Shown in pieces: positions 38,492 to 49,696 of a DNA stretch of 56,583 nt. This stretch comes from Nanobdellota archaeon (GTDB lineage: Archaea > Nanobdellota > Nanobdellia > SCGC-AAA011-G17 > JAFCDX01), in NCBI GenBank assembly GCA_040753775.1, contig JBFMDT010000001.1:1-56583 (forward strand), in the 5' to 3' direction. The notes beneath the pieces are model-generated. The model was not told the DNA's origin, searched no databases, and saw only the letters and a program-made list of their open reading frames with translations. Both the position numbers and the translations under genes were made by a program. Within the stretch, counting starts at the first letter, position 1. Each line of letters begins with the position of its first letter.

Positions 38492-38980
38492 ATGATATCT
38501 GAAAAGTATAAGGTATTTCCGAGTGCGGGCATACAGATAAGGCATACAGGAATCATAGACATCAATAATTTGTATAAAAAGATGCAGAGCTGGTTTAAGG
38601 ATAATAATTATATATTTGTGGAAAAGGAGCATACAGTAAAGGACAAGGCAAGCGGAAAAGAGATTGTGCTTAAGTGGGAGGCTACCAGGGATGTTGATGA
38701 TTATGCTAGGTTTGTCATAACTGTAAACTTCTTTTTTGAAAATTTGGCCAAGGAAGGGAATGCTATGAAGGGGTTTGCAAAGATTACATTTTGGGCTGAT
38801 GTTTTGCTTGACTATAGAAAGGCCTGGCAGAGAAGCAGGCTCTTGAAGTTCTTGTTTTTCCTGTACAACAATTATGTTATCAAGAGAAGGATTATAGAGG
38901 TGTATGATACAAAGCTTAATGCCGAGACAACAGAGCTTTACAATTTAACAAAGGATATCCTTGGAGTTATTAAAGAATGA
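38492..38980 (+). CDS. Conserved hypothetical protein (family member 2 of 3)
   Basis: GIIDINNLYKKMQSWFKDNNY...EKE. Confidence 0.8.
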   Translation: MISEKYKVFPSAGIQIRHTGIIDINNLYKKMQSWFKDNNYIFVEKEHTVKDKASGKEIVLKWEATRDVDDYARFVITVNFFFENLAKEGNAMKGFAKITFWADVLLDYRKAWQRSRLLKFLFFLYNNYVIKRRIIEVYDTKLNAETTELYNLTKDILGVIKE

Positions 38981-39483
38981 GCGAGAAGAATATTGTACTC
39001 AAGGAACTGAAGCTAAAATGGTCAGGCATATTCAATCTCGGGGATTTATACAGGAAGATGAAATGGTGGCTTGACTACAATGGCTACAGGGATGAAACAA
39101 AAAATTTCAAGGAATTAAGGTACACAGAGAAGGTAAAGCCTGAGGGAAAACAGATTGAGATAGCTTGGGAATGCAAAAAGCCAATAACTGATTATTTTGT
39201 TAATGTTATTGAAGTAACTTTTTTTATAACTGGTTTGCAGAAGACTGAGGTTATGCGCGAAGGAAAAAAGATTACAATGGACAAGGGAGATATAGAAATG
39301 AAATTTTCAGCATACCTTCTTGAAAATGCCTCTGATAAATGGCTTGACAAGAGTTTTGTTAATAAGGTCTATAAAAAATATCTTGTAAGGGACAGGATAG
39401 AGGAGTATAAGATTGACCTATACAGAAAATTATATTCCTTTCACAATGAAGTAAAGATAAACTTAGATATACACAAATTTTGA
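38977..39483 (+). CDS. Conserved hypothetical protein (family member 3 of 3)
   Basis: GIFNLGDLYRKMKWWLDYNGY; ends LDIHKF, compare LNLHRLK in 33130. Confidence 0.8.
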   Translation: MSEKNIVLKELKLKWSGIFNLGDLYRKMKWWLDYNGYRDETKNFKELRYTEKVKPEGKQIEIAWECKKPITDYFVNVIEVTFFITGLQKTEVMREGKKITMDKGDIEMKFSAYLLENASDKWLDKSFVNKVYKKYLVRDRIEEYKIDLYRKLYSFHNEVKINLDIHKF

Positions 39484-39524
39484 TTTTTAGAAAATGAGAA
39501 TAAAATGGGTACAATATAAGGAGA

Positions 39525-40325
39525 ATGGTCTTTATCAATATCCACATGGAAAATTTTAAAGAGAAACATTTTAGTATAGTTGAAAAACTTGCAAACAGAG
39601 GACCAATTGCTATTTCTATTGCTCCTTATCAAATTCCACAAATTAAAGATAATCTGCTAAAGAAAATAAAAGAGATATTATCCAAGGATGGAACTATACT
39701 AGGCCAACAAGGATTAAACCATAGATGCAAGAAATGTATAAAATATTTTAAGTATTTTGAAACTAAAGGTAAAGTATATGGCATAGACCCATGGCATGAA
39801 AATTATTGTTTGTGGTTTGGGCATATTCCAATAGAGTAGCAGGAAAAATTTATGAAAAAAGGAAAGGACTTGTTGAAAAAAGCCTTTAAAAAGGAGCCAG
39901 AATTTTATGTTCCGCCAAATCATTATTTTGACATATCATCAATAGAAATAGCAGCAAAGCTTGGATATAAATGGTTTTCTGACAATGCGATGATTCCACT
40001 TAAGCCATATTCAAATAGTAGGATTATTATCGTCCCAGAATCATACCCAAATGTTAAGGGAAGTAATTTTCTATATATCCATAATGACCAAGTTGAAAGA
40101 TTTAAAAAAGAGTTGGGGAAAATAATGGGATTAGGATTTAAGTCTTATTGCAATATAAAACCTATAGCAAAAAATAAAGAACTTATAGCAGAAAGTAGGA
40201 AACTCAAAGTGATTAGAAAAATAGCCAGAGATTTAAGAGATGGCTTTGGTATGCCAGAAGATAATGCAAAAGAAATGGGGCAGATATTGTTTGAATCAAA
40301 ATTCTCCAAAGATTTGATACTCTAA
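39525..40325 (+). pseudogene. DUF2334/polysaccharide-deacetylase-like gene interrupted by an in-frame TAG at 39837-39839
   Basis: The two track ORFs share a frame (IE*QEKFMKKG); QQGLNH, HEN, FYVPPNH and YIH motifs span the stop. Confidence 0.75.
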
Positions 40326-40457
40326 AAAAACATTCATTTTTAGTTTTATCTCTAAGGGTTCTATAATAATAAACTATTTTTAGAAAAATTTATATATAGA
40401 TGATTACACCTATTTTTGGAGAGAGAAAGAAGTGTTGAGTAGCTTTCTCATTTTAAG

Positions 40458-40796
40458 ATGAAGTTAAAGAGACTATTGCCTAGTTTAAGGGATAAAAAGA
40501 GGTATATTGTGTTTGAATTGATAGCAAAGGGAGGTTTGGACTATAATATGGCAAAAAAAGGGATAAAGGAGTCTATTTCATGGCTAATAGGAGAGCTAGG
40601 AATGGCTAAGGCTGGGTTGAGATTTTTAGATGAATGGAAAAACAATAAAGGGATAATAACTGTTAACAGAAGTTACGTTGACGAAACAAGAGTTGGAATG
40701 AGTTTGGTTAAAAATATTAGCAATATTGATGTTATTGTGAGAACTGTAGGTGTATCAGGCATATTAAAAAAAGCCAAGGCAAGATTTTTCAATTAA
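40458..40796 (+). CDS. rnp2: RNase P protein component 2 (Pop5)
   Basis: LPSLRDKKRYIVF, GVSGILKK. Confidence 0.93.
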   Translation: MKLKRLLPSLRDKKRYIVFELIAKGGLDYNMAKKGIKESISWLIGELGMAKAGLRFLDEWKNNKGIITVNRSYVDETRVGMSLVKNISNIDVIVRTVGVSGILKKAKARFFN

Positions 40797-40805
40797 GGAG
40801 GAAAA

Positions 40806-41525
40806 ATGCAACAAGATCAACAACAAATGCAGATGATGGGTTATGATAGAGCAAGCACTGTTTTTAGCCCTGATGGAAGGCTTTTGCAGGTTGAATATGC
40901 AAAAAAGACTGTAAGGCAGGGAACATCAGCCATTGGGATGGTTTGTAAAGATGGCGTTGTTTTGATGGCTGACAAGAGAGTATTGGAAAAGTTTGTTATT
41001 TCAAAATCCATTGAAAAGGTGTTTCAGGTTGATGAACATATCGGAGCAACAGCTTCTGGGCTTATAGGCGATGCAAGGGTGCTTATAGAAAGGGCACAAA
41101 TTGTATCACAACAGCATAAAATAACATATGACGAGCCTATAGATATGCAGAGCTTAGTAAAGGATGTGTGCAATGTCAAACAAGCTTATACGCAATATGG
41201 CGGTGCAAGGCCTTTTGGAGTAAGTATAATATTTGCAGGCATTGATGAAAATGAACCAAGGGTTTTCCTAACGGACATTACAGGAATATATTTTGAATAT
41301 AAGGTTGCAGTTATTGGAGAAGCGGAAGACAGGATTAAAGCAATTTTTGAAAAAGAATACAAAGATAACCTTATAATAGATGATGGTATAATGCTTGGCA
41401 TAAAGTCTTTGAAAAAGGTTCTTGGGAAGGATTTTGATTTAAGCAGGATAGAATGCATTTATATAAAGACTTCAGAAAAAAAATTTACAAGGCTTGAACA
41501 AAGTTCTTTAAAGAAGTATTTATAA
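40806..41525 (+). CDS. psmA: Proteasome alpha subunit
   Basis: GYDRASTVFSPDGRLLQVEYA, RPFGVS. Confidence 0.97.
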   Translation: MQQDQQQMQMMGYDRASTVFSPDGRLLQVEYAKKTVRQGTSAIGMVCKDGVVLMADKRVLEKFVISKSIEKVFQVDEHIGATASGLIGDARVLIERAQIVSQQHKITYDEPIDMQSLVKDVCNVKQAYTQYGGARPFGVSIIFAGIDENEPRVFLTDITGIYFEYKVAVIGEAEDRIKAIFEKEYKDNLIIDDGIMLGIKSLKKVLGKDFDLSRIECIYIKTSEKKFTRLEQSSLKKYL

Positions 41526-41526
41526 A

Positions 41527-42228
41527 ATGGTAAGTATTGATGAGGCAGTTATTAGCAGATACAAGAGGGATGGAAAGGTGTTCGAAATACTAGTTGATTG
41601 TGAAAAGGCAATGCTGTTCAGGGAGGAAAAGGAGACTGAACTGGATGATGTAGTTGTTACAAGGGATGTTTTTACTGATGTTAAAAAGGGCATGCATGCT
41701 CCAGAAAAGGATTTGCAAGCTATATTTGGAACTACAGACAAGAATGAGATCTGTAAGTTTATTGTAACACAAGGAGATGTTCAGTTGACTGCAGATTACC
41801 AAAAAAAATTAAGGGAGGAAAAAAGAAAACAAATAATAGCATTAATACACAAGAATGCCATAGATGCAAGAACAGGGTTTCCACTTCCTCCGCAAAGGAT
41901 TGAAAATGCGATGGCAGAAGCAAAGGTTAACATAGATGCATTTAAGAGCGCAGAAGCACAATCACAAGATGTAATCAAAAAATTAAGAGAGATACTGCCT
42001 TTGAAATATGAGATAAGGGAGATAGCAATAAAAATACCAATGCAATTTAGTGGAAAATCTTTTGGCTTGTTGAAACAATTTGGCAGAATATTAAAGGATG
42101 AGTGGCAGAACAATGGAGACCTTATTGCCGTTGTCGAGGTTCCTGCTGGCTTAACCCAGGATTTTTTTGACGAGCTTAACAAGATGACGCATGGAAATGT
42201 TGAAACAAAAATAGTGGCTAAAAAATGA
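41527..42228 (+). CDS. Ribosome maturation factor SBDS/Sdo1
   Basis: FEILVD, FGTTD, PPQRIENAM. Confidence 0.95.
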   Translation: MVSIDEAVISRYKRDGKVFEILVDCEKAMLFREEKETELDDVVVTRDVFTDVKKGMHAPEKDLQAIFGTTDKNEICKFIVTQGDVQLTADYQKKLREEKRKQIIALIHKNAIDARTGFPLPPQRIENAMAEAKVNIDAFKSAEAQSQDVIKKLREILPLKYEIREIAIKIPMQFSGKSFGLLKQFGRILKDEWQNNGDLIAVVEVPAGLTQDFFDELNKMTHGNVETKIVAKK

Positions 42229-42389
42229 TAATAGAAAAATTTGATTTATATGCTGGCATGGTAGTTGCAGGGGTATTTACTGGCTTAGGCGTTGCTTTGG
42301 GGAGTTACTTGGCACAAAGGCATTTGATAAAAACTATGGAAAAATTCACTAAAAAAATAAAAAATGGGATAAAAAATGGGAGAACTTAA
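42225..42389 (+). CDS. Small single-TM protein (not in ORF track)
   Basis: MIIEKFDLYAGMVVAGVFTGLGVALGSYLAQRHLIKTMEKFTKKIKNGIKNGRT; ATGA overlap with SBDS and overlap with the rrp4 start. Confidence 0.65.
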   Translation: MIIEKFDLYAGMVVAGVFTGLGVALGSYLAQRHLIKTMEKFTKKIKNGIKNGRT

Positions 42390-43068
42390 AGTAAAGGACA
42401 AGGATATTATAATTCCTGGAGAGGTATTGGCTGTTGGTATGGATTTTCTTCCTGCTAATGGGACATTCAGGGAGGAAGACAAAATTATAGCATCAGAAAT
42501 TGGTATTGTTAACGTAAGTGGAAGGCTGATAAAGTTAGTGCCTTTAACAGGGCGTTATATTCCTAAAAAAGGAGATGCTGTCATAGGAAAGGTTGTTGAT
42601 ATTGGTTTGAATGGCTGGAGGGTTGACATAAGGTGGGCTTATGAGGCAAATCTTGGATTAAAGGAAGCAAGCCCTGATTTTATTGACAGCAGAAAAACTA
42701 ATCTTGCTGACTATTATAATTTTGGAGATATAATTATGGCCCAAATATCGTTCGTAACAGGATCTAAGATAGTAGACCTAAGTATGAGGGGGCCCGGATT
42801 AAGGAAACTTATTGGAGGCAGAATAATAGAAATAATTCCATCAAAGGTTCCAAGAGTAATAGGAAAACAGGGCAGCATGATATCAATGATTAAGGAAAAA
42901 ACAGACTGCAGGATACTTGTTGGCCAGAATGGAAGAGTATGGATTTCCGGAGCTGACCCAAAAAAGGAGCTAATTGCGGCAAAAACAATAAAAAAAATAG
43001 ATGAAGAAAGCACTGTTGATGGTCTTACTGATACTATAAAGGATTTTTTGGAAAAGGAGTGCAAGTAA
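42376..43068 (+). CDS. rrp4: Exosome RNA-binding subunit Rrp4
   Basis: YIPKKGD S1 domain, KVPRVIGKQGSM KH domain, GQNGRVW. Confidence 0.95.
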   Translation: MGELKVKDKDIIIPGEVLAVGMDFLPANGTFREEDKIIASEIGIVNVSGRLIKLVPLTGRYIPKKGDAVIGKVVDIGLNGWRVDIRWAYEANLGLKEASPDFIDSRKTNLADYYNFGDIIMAQISFVTGSKIVDLSMRGPGLRKLIGGRIIEIIPSKVPRVIGKQGSMISMIKEKTDCRILVGQNGRVWISGADPKKELIAAKTIKKIDEESTVDGLTDTIKDFLEKECK

Positions 43069-43069
43069 A

Positions 43070-43774
43070 ATGATATACAACAAAAGAAGTGATGGAAGAA
43101 AATTTGATGAGTTGAGGGAAATGGAGGCAAAAGTAGGAATAGTCAAAAGGGCTGATGGAAGCGCTATGTTTAAGATAGGAAAAACTATTGCTTATGCTGC
43201 TGTTTATGGACCAAGACAAATGTACCCGGCATTTTTGCAAAATCCTGAGAAAGGGGTGTTAAGATGCAATTACAATATGATGGCTTTTTCAGGAAGCGGA
43301 GATAGGGTAAGACCTGGGCCAAGCAGAAGGTCTAAGGAAATATCGCTAGTTACGGAAAAGGCTTTAATGCCGGTGTTGGATTTGAGCAATTATGGCAATA
43401 CTGTAATTGATGTTTTTATAGAGCTTATACAAACAGACTCTGGGACAAGATGTGCTGGAATAACAGCTGCTGCAATGGCCTTGGCTGATGCAGGAATTCC
43501 GATGAAAGATATGGTTGCTGCTATTGCTGTTGGCAAGGTTGGAGACAAGATACTAGTTGATTTGACAAAAGAAGAGGAGGATTATGAAGGTGCAGTGGAT
43601 ATTGCAACTGCATTTTTAATAAGAGAGGGAAAAATAACCTTGTTGCAGATGGATGGGGAGCTAAAGAAAGAAGAGCTCTACGAGGCTTTGAAGTCTGCAA
43701 AAAAGGCATGCGAGCAAATAAATAAGCTGCAGATAAAGGCATTGAAGGAGAGGTACAAAGCAAAAAATGAATGA
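43070..43774 (+). CDS. rrp41: Exosome exonuclease Rrp41
   Basis: RSDGRKFDELR, AVYGPR, GPSRRS, DSGTRCA. Confidence 0.95.
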   Translation: MIYNKRSDGRKFDELREMEAKVGIVKRADGSAMFKIGKTIAYAAVYGPRQMYPAFLQNPEKGVLRCNYNMMAFSGSGDRVRPGPSRRSKEISLVTEKALMPVLDLSNYGNTVIDVFIELIQTDSGTRCAGITAAAMALADAGIPMKDMVAAIAVGKVGDKILVDLTKEEEDYEGAVDIATAFLIREGKITLLQMDGELKKEELYEALKSAKKACEQINKLQIKALKERYKAKNE

Positions 43775-44522
43775 GTATATAATAAATCTTGTGCAAAAGG
43801 GATTGAGGGATGATGGAAGGGATTTCAAGGAATACAGGCCTATAAAGATTGAGTATGGTATTTCCTCAAAATCTGCTGAAGGGAGTGTTATGGTGAAGAT
43901 AGGAGATACAGAAGTAATTGCTGGTGTTAAGATGGAAGTTGGCGAGCCATTTCCTGATTCTCCTGACGAAGGTGTTTTGATTGTGAATGCGGAGCTAATA
44001 CCCATGGCATCCCCTGAATTTGAATCAGGCCCGCCAAACATAGATGCAATAGAACTGTCAAGGGTTGTAGATAGATGCATCAGGGAATCTGGGTTTGTGG
44101 ATTTTGGCAAGCTTTGCATAAAGAAAGGGGAGAAGGTATGGATTGTATTTGTTGATATATATCCTATAAATGATTCTGGCAATTTATTTGATGCAGCATG
44201 CTTGGCAGCTGTAGCAGCCTTAAAAAATGCAAAGTTCCCGGCTTTGGATGGAGACAAGGTTGACTATACAAAACATGCAAAGGAATTACCACTAAAAAAG
44301 GCACCAACATCGTGTACAGTTATAAACATCAAGGATAAACTGCTTGTCGACCCTACAACTGAAGAGGAAAGGGTCGCAATGGCAAGGCTTACAGTTGCTT
44401 CTATCGGAGACACTATATGCGCCTTGCAAAAGGGCGGTGAAAAGCCACTAAGCCTAGAGGAAATTGATAAAATCATTTCCCTTGCAGTAGAAAAAAATAA
44501 GGAGCTGGTTAAATTATTGTAA
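43767..44522 (+). CDS. rrp42: Exosome subunit Rrp42
   Basis: [25 protein letters not shown]. Confidence 0.95.
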   Translation: MNEYIINLVQKGLRDDGRDFKEYRPIKIEYGISSKSAEGSVMVKIGDTEVIAGVKMEVGEPFPDSPDEGVLIVNAELIPMASPEFESGPPNIDAIELSRVVDRCIRESGFVDFGKLCIKKGEKVWIVFVDIYPINDSGNLFDAACLAAVAALKNAKFPALDGDKVDYTKHAKELPLKKAPTSCTVINIKDKLLVDPTTEEERVAMARLTVASIGDTICALQKGGEKPLSLEEIDKIISLAVEKNKELVKLL

Positions 44523-44523
44523 A

Positions 44524-44724
44524 ATGACAGAACAAAAATTCTCAAAATATGAAATAGCAAGGATAATTGGAGCAAGGGCTTTACAGATATCAATGGGGGC
44601 GCCTTTGCTTATACAGATGGGGGAAAGTGACTTTGAGAGGATAAATTACAGCCCTATAGAAATTGCAAATATAGAATTTAAGGCTGGAATACTACCAATA
44701 ACAGTTAAAAGGCCTCTACCCTAA
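44524..44724 (+). CDS. rpoK: RNA polymerase subunit K (Rpo6)
   Basis: [20 protein letters not shown]. Confidence 0.96.
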   Translation: MTEQKFSKYEIARIIGARALQISMGAPLLIQMGESDFERINYSPIEIANIEFKAGILPITVKRPLP

Positions 44725-44755
44725 AACTTAAATACAAATTGTTCTTAATTAACAT

Positions 44756-46138
44756 ATGAAAAAAGGGGATATCTACTTCTTGATATTGTCTTTTCTTATT
44801 TTAGCTTCTGTACTTTATTTTAAGCCTGAATTTACTGGATATGACATTATCAATAGCCTAAACTATTCTAATTATTATTTAGGTATGAACTTTACAGAGA
44901 GCTCAAATTTTACTGTTAATATAAATGGCAGTTTAAGCAGCCTTGTGTTAAGCGGCAGCCTAAGCGGAGAAGGCAACAGTGTTGTTTATTTTGAAAACTT
45001 AATTATTGCAAATAAAAGCTCCAATTGCACAGAGGTTCTTGAATGCAACAAAATAAGGAACATAACTGTCATGTACAATGGGGATAAGATTACAAACAAT
45101 GTCAGCATATATGAAAAAGGAAAAAAGAAGATAAAATTTTTGGGCACAGAAGAGGTTATCAACAATACTTTCGTGACTGATAAGTTACCAAAAGAAAAAA
45201 AGGAGATTATTTTTGCAATAGACGACGAAAATGTCAGCCTAAGCAGAGATGAAGTAAGCTTATGCAATGCAACCAAAGGGAATTTCAGTGTTTTAGAATG
45301 CGGCAGGAAATGCTCGGCTGAATTAAACTGCAGTGAAATTATTTTTAAGGATGAGTGTGTTGAGACATGTTGGCTTAACAGAAGCTACGATAAGGGCTTG
45401 TATAATATAACGGTCATTGTAAATGATTCTGAACTGTTCTTAGATAAAATTTCTTATAGCTTATTCATTGACAACCAAAGTGAAAGCAATGAAACAAACA
45501 TAACAAACAACATCACCCTACTAGAGTTTATTCCAAACCAGACATGGAGCAAAGACAAGTTTAATTTAAATGCAATCAATTTAAGCAAGCATTTTAATGG
45601 AAGCGATGTGCACTACAATTATAGCGGAAATAATTTTATTAACATAAGCATTAATGGAAGCCTTGTTAGTTTTTACCAGCAGAATAATTGGATAGGTAAT
45701 GAAAGTGTTGTATTTACTGCATATAATAACTTTAGTAATGTAAGTAGCAACGAGGTTATATTGGAAGTTACGGATGTTCCTCCTGCTGTATCTGCACCAC
45801 CTGGGGGAGGCGGAGGAGGCGGTGGGGGCAGTAACGAAAATGAAGAAGAGGGCAAACAAACTATACAAGAAAAGACTGTTGTTAATGTTCTTGAATCGCC
45901 TGTTAAAGAAACATGCAACGATGGAATAAGAAATCAGAATGAGATTGGGATAGACTGCGGAGGTGTTTGTAGCGAATGTGTAATTGACAGAGTTAAATTC
46001 CCTACAGGCATGACTGTTTACATAGGAAATATATTTGGAAATATTGCTTACAACTTAGCTGCACTAAGCGGTTTGCTTTTATTGCTTGCATATCTGTACA
46101 GAAAATTATTTAAGATAAAATTCAAGAAGGATAAATAA
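44756..46138 (+). CDS. Cell-surface glycoprotein with poly-Gly linker and Cys-rich module
   Basis: N- and C-terminal TM segments, many NxS/T sequons, G10 linker, TCNDGIRNQNEIGIDCGGVC. Confidence 0.75.
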   Translation: MKKGDIYFLILSFLILASVLYFKPEFTGYDIINSLNYSNYYLGMNFTESSNFTVNINGSLSSLVLSGSLSGEGNSVVYFENLIIANKSSNCTEVLECNKIRNITVMYNGDKITNNVSIYEKGKKKIKFLGTEEVINNTFVTDKLPKEKKEIIFAIDDENVSLSRDEVSLCNATKGNFSVLECGRKCSAELNCSEIIFKDECVETCWLNRSYDKGLYNITVIVNDSELFLDKISYSLFIDNQSESNETNITNNITLLEFIPNQTWSKDKFNLNAINLSKHFNGSDVHYNYSGNNFINISINGSLVSFYQQNNWIGNESVVFTAYNNFSNVSSNEVILEVTDVPPAVSAPPGGGGGGGGGSNENEEEGKQTIQEKTVVNVLESPVKETCNDGIRNQNEIGIDCGGVCSECVIDRVKFPTGMTVYIGNIFGNIAYNLAALSGLLLLLAYLYRKLFKIKFKKDK

Positions 46139-47056
46139 AATATAAACAAAAAGGAGAATTAAACCCTTTTTCCATGATATTGTATTGCTCTTCCTTACCA
46201 TTAATATAAAAATTATCACTGAAAATAACATAAACAGCAAGCTTGTGAATAGAAGCATAAAATCATTTGAGATTGGATAAATCAATGCAGTTACTCCAAG
46301 GATTAATGTTGAGTTGCATATGACACTACCTATCGAATCCCCAACAGCCATCTCACCCTTTTTAGCAAGCGCGGACATAACACCAAAGGTCAGCTCTGGC
46401 AGCGTTGTTCCTATTGCAACAAGGAAAAGACCTATCAAAATGGTCGATACCCCCAAGTCTGCTGCAAGGGATGATGCATATTTAACAACATAATAGGAAC
46501 TTAAAAACAATAGCATCGCTGTCAAGATAAACAAGGCTATATTATTCATAAATTTAAAAAAATTCATTATAACATTATTTTTTTCATTTAGTATATTCGT
46601 AAATTTTCTTTTTTCCTTTATTGTACGATAAATGTACCAGATAAAAATAGATATTAATACAAGACCATCCAACCTCGAGAGGGACCTGCCAAACCATATC
46701 AGAATTATTGGGAGTGTAGACAGAATAAACATAAAAAATAAATTTTCTTTAATGCTTTCTTTTAGCGTTATATTCTTTGTTAGCAATGCTACAACACCAA
46801 TTATCAAGGTCAGGTTAAGTATATTTGCCCCTATTACATTGCCAAGGGCTAAAATAGGAATATGATTTATAGCAGAGTTTATACCTATGAAAAGTTCCGG
46901 AATGGATGTAGCAAATGCCATTAACACAAAGGATATGATAAATTCAGTTAATCCAATATACACAGCTATTCTGGACAAAAGCCTGACAATCAGCCTGCCA
47001 CTAATTACAAGGACTGTTAATGCTATAAGAAGAGATATTATATCTATGAGCAACAT
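46106..47056 (-). CDS. Na+/Ca2+ antiporter (CaCA family)
   Basis: Alpha repeats ATSIPEL and GTTLPEL; GNVIGAN. Confidence 0.93.
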   Translation of the reverse strand: MLLIDIISLLIALTVLVISGRLIVRLLSRIAVYIGLTEFIISFVLMAFATSIPELFIGINSAINHIPILALGNVIGANILNLTLIIGVVALLTKNITLKESIKENLFFMFILSTLPIILIWFGRSLSRLDGLVLISIFIWYIYRTIKEKRKFTNILNEKNNVIMNFFKFMNNIALFILTAMLLFLSSYYVVKYASSLAADLGVSTILIGLFLVAIGTTLPELTFGVMSALAKKGEMAVGDSIGSVICNSTLILGVTALIYPISNDFMLLFTSLLFMLFSVIIFILMVRKSNTISWKKGLILLFVYILFILLEFYLK

Positions 47057-47131
47057 ATAATTTTGTGTAATTTATTATATATAATCCTTTCTTTCAGCAA
47101 ATTATTTAAACCTGGAGCATTAATAGTGCAT

Positions 47132-49696
47132 ATGTTTGACTATTATACTGCTGATATAGGAGAGGCGATAAACTCCCTAAAGACTTCTGTTAATGGGCTA
47201 AGCGAAAAAGAGGCTGAAAACAGGCTAAGGGCTTATGGATTAAACAAGATAGAGAAAAGAAAGGAAGCGTCAAAGTTAACTATTTTCTTAATGCAGTTTA
47301 AGTCATTTTTAGTTTTTATCTTGATAATAGCAGTAATAATATCTTTGTTGGTTAAGGAGTATTTGGATGCTGGTGTTATAGGTGCTATACTTATTCTTAA
47401 TGCATTTCTTGGATTTTTTCAGGAGTACAGAGTTGAGAGGGCGATTGAGGCCTTAAGAAAACTTACTCCAACAAAGGCAAGGGTTGTAAGGGATTCAAAA
47501 ATTAAGGAGATAAATGCAGAGCAGCTTGTTCCAGGGGATGTGATTGTTATAGAGAGCGGGGATAATATTCCGGCTGATGCAAGGCTGATAGAAGTTAGCG
47601 CACTAGAAACAGATGAGTCTTCCTTGACTGGGGAAAGCGTTACTGTGAAGAAGGAGATAAAAAAGCTTCCAAAGGCAGAGGTGAGCGACAGGACTAACAT
47701 GATTTTTTCCGGAACAACAGCTACATATGGAAGGGCAAGGGCTGTTGTAACAGATACCGGGATGAACACAGAACTTGGGAAGATTGCAAACTTAATAAAA
47801 AAGAAAAAGGAAACTACACCATTACAAAAAAAATTAGACCAGACTGGGAAATGGATGGGGCTTTTGGTGATTATTATAGCATTGATAATATTTTTAATTG
47901 GTTTGTATGAAGATCAGCCACTGTTTGAGATGTTGCTTGTTGCTATAGCCTTGGCTGTTGCAGCTGTTCCAGAGGGATTGCCAGCTGTAGTAACAATTAC
48001 TCTTGCCCTTGGCGCACAAAGGATGGTTAAGAGGAATGCCTTAATCAGAAAGCTGAGCTCTGTTGAGACTCTTGGGAGCGTCAATGTTATATGTACGGAT
48101 AAGACAGGAACGCTTACTGTTAATGAGATGACTGTTAAGGAGATTTATACTGACAACAGAAAAATTATTGCAACTGGCGAGGGCTATAACACACTCGGGG
48201 AATTTTTTGATGGTGGTAAAAAGATTGGGCCTGAAGAAATAAAGTTAATTTTAGAAATAGCTGCAAACTGCAACAACGCGATTTTAACTGTGGGGGACCC
48301 TACTGAAAGAGCCCTGGCTGCTGTTGCAGGAAAAGGAGGTATTAAGGCAGGGCTAAAAAGAATCGGCGAAATACCATTTGACCCCGATAAGAAATATATG
48401 GTAACTATTCATGAAAAAGATGGCAAAAAAATAAATTATATTAAAGGCGCCCCGGAGGTAGTATTAAAATTTTGCAATTATATTTATGTTAATAACAGAA
48501 GAATAAAATTAACGCCGAGGCTAAGAAGAGCGATCCTAAAAGAAAATGAGTTTATGGCAAACAAGGCATTAAGGGTTCTAGGATTTGCTTATTCCAATGA
48601 CAAGCTTGAAAACAGCATCTTTGTTGGCTTGATGGGAATGATTGACCCACCAAGAAAGGAGGTTAAGGATTCTATAAAGCTTTGTGAGAAGGCTGGAATA
48701 AGGGTTGTTATGATAACAGGAGACCATAAACTAACAGCAGAGGCAATAGCTAAGGATTTGGGCATAAAGGGGCAGTGCATCATAGGAAAAGAATTGGATG
48801 AATTAAGCGATGTACAACTTATTAAAGATGTTGACGGTATAAACATATATGCAAGAGTAAATCCAGGGCATAAGGTAAGAATATTAAAGGCATTAAAAGC
48901 AAGAGGCTGTATAGTTGCCATGACAGGAGATGGCGTGAATGATGCTCCTGCTTTAAAAAAGTCAGACATAGGTGTAGCAATGGGGGTTACCGGGACTGAT
49001 GTTGCAAAAGAGGCTTCTGATATGGTTCTTGTAGATGACAACTTCACTTCAATAGTCAATGCTGTAGAAGAGGGAAGAATGATTTATGATAATATTAGGA
49101 AATTTGTTTGGTATTTACTATCAAGCAATGTTGGGGAGGTTTTGTTGATATTTATGGCCATGCTTATAGGAATGCCCCTTCCACTACTGGCATTGCAAAT
49201 ACTATGGATAAACCTGATTACAGATGGATTGCCTGCTTTGGCCTTAAGCATTGATCCTGAATCTGACAAGGTTATGGAAAGAAAGCCAAGGAATCCAAAA
49301 GAAAAAATATTGAGCAGAATGAGCCTTAACATATTCATAGTTGGCATTTTAATGGCGTTAGGAAGCTTGTTTTTGTTTAATAATTATGGTATAGGAAAGG
49401 GAAGGACTGTTGTTTTCTCTGCTTTAGTTATGTTTGAAATATTTAATGTCCTAAATGCAAGATCAGAAAAAGAGTCCATATTCAAGATAGGATTATTTTC
49501 TAACAAATACCTAATTCTGGCAATAGTTGGCTCTATCTTGCTGCAATTAGCTGTTATTTATACTCCTTTAAGTGCTTTGTTTGATACAGTCAGACTAGGT
49601 TTAACAGACTGGGTTTATATTGTTCTAGTTTCAAGCAGCGTTTTAATTGCTATTGAGATAAAGAAGTTAATATCGAGGCATTATTCAAAACAATAG
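47132..49696 (+). CDS. P-type ATPase, type IIA (Ca2+-like)
   Basis: TGES, PEGL, DKTGTLT, KGAPE, GDGVND; ATG at 47132. Confidence 0.95.
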   Translation: MFDYYTADIGEAINSLKTSVNGLSEKEAENRLRAYGLNKIEKRKEASKLTIFLMQFKSFLVFILIIAVIISLLVKEYLDAGVIGAILILNAFLGFFQEYRVERAIEALRKLTPTKARVVRDSKIKEINAEQLVPGDVIVIESGDNIPADARLIEVSALETDESSLTGESVTVKKEIKKLPKAEVSDRTNMIFSGTTATYGRARAVVTDTGMNTELGKIANLIKKKKETTPLQKKLDQTGKWMGLLVIIIALIIFLIGLYEDQPLFEMLLVAIALAVAAVPEGLPAVVTITLALGAQRMVKRNALIRKLSSVETLGSVNVICTDKTGTLTVNEMTVKEIYTDNRKIIATGEGYNTLGEFFDGGKKIGPEEIKLILEIAANCNNAILTVGDPTERALAAVAGKGGIKAGLKRIGEIPFDPDKKYMVTIHEKDGKKINYIKGAPEVVLKFCNYIYVNNRRIKLTPRLRRAILKENEFMANKALRVLGFAYSNDKLENSIFVGLMGMIDPPRKEVKDSIKLCEKAGIRVVMITGDHKLTAEAIAKDLGIKGQCIIGKELDELSDVQLIKDVDGINIYARVNPGHKVRILKALKARGCIVAMTGDGVNDAPALKKSDIGVAMGVTGTDVAKEASDMVLVDDNFTSIVNAVEEGRMIYDNIRKFVWYLLSSNVGEVLLIFMAMLIGMPLPLLALQILWINLITDGLPALALSIDPESDKVMERKPRNPKEKILSRMSLNIFIVGILMALGSLFLFNNYGIGKGRTVVFSALVMFEIFNVLNARSEKESIFKIGLFSNKYLILAIVGSILLQLAVIYTPLSALFDTVRLGLTDWVYIVLVSSSVLIAIEIKKLISRHYSKQ

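Noticed and set aside
39837-39839. Amber codon as pyrrolysine or a reassigned stop
   Set aside because: TAG terminates ordinary genes here (secG, pyrH, dnaG) and no pyl genes are present in the window
40423-40449. 7-bp hairpin GAGAAAG/CTTTCTC in the pop5 operon leader
   Set aside because: Too short and low in complexity to distinguish from chance without comparative data
45803-45829. G-rich repeat
   Set aside because: It encodes the poly-Gly linker of the surface protein using mixed codons
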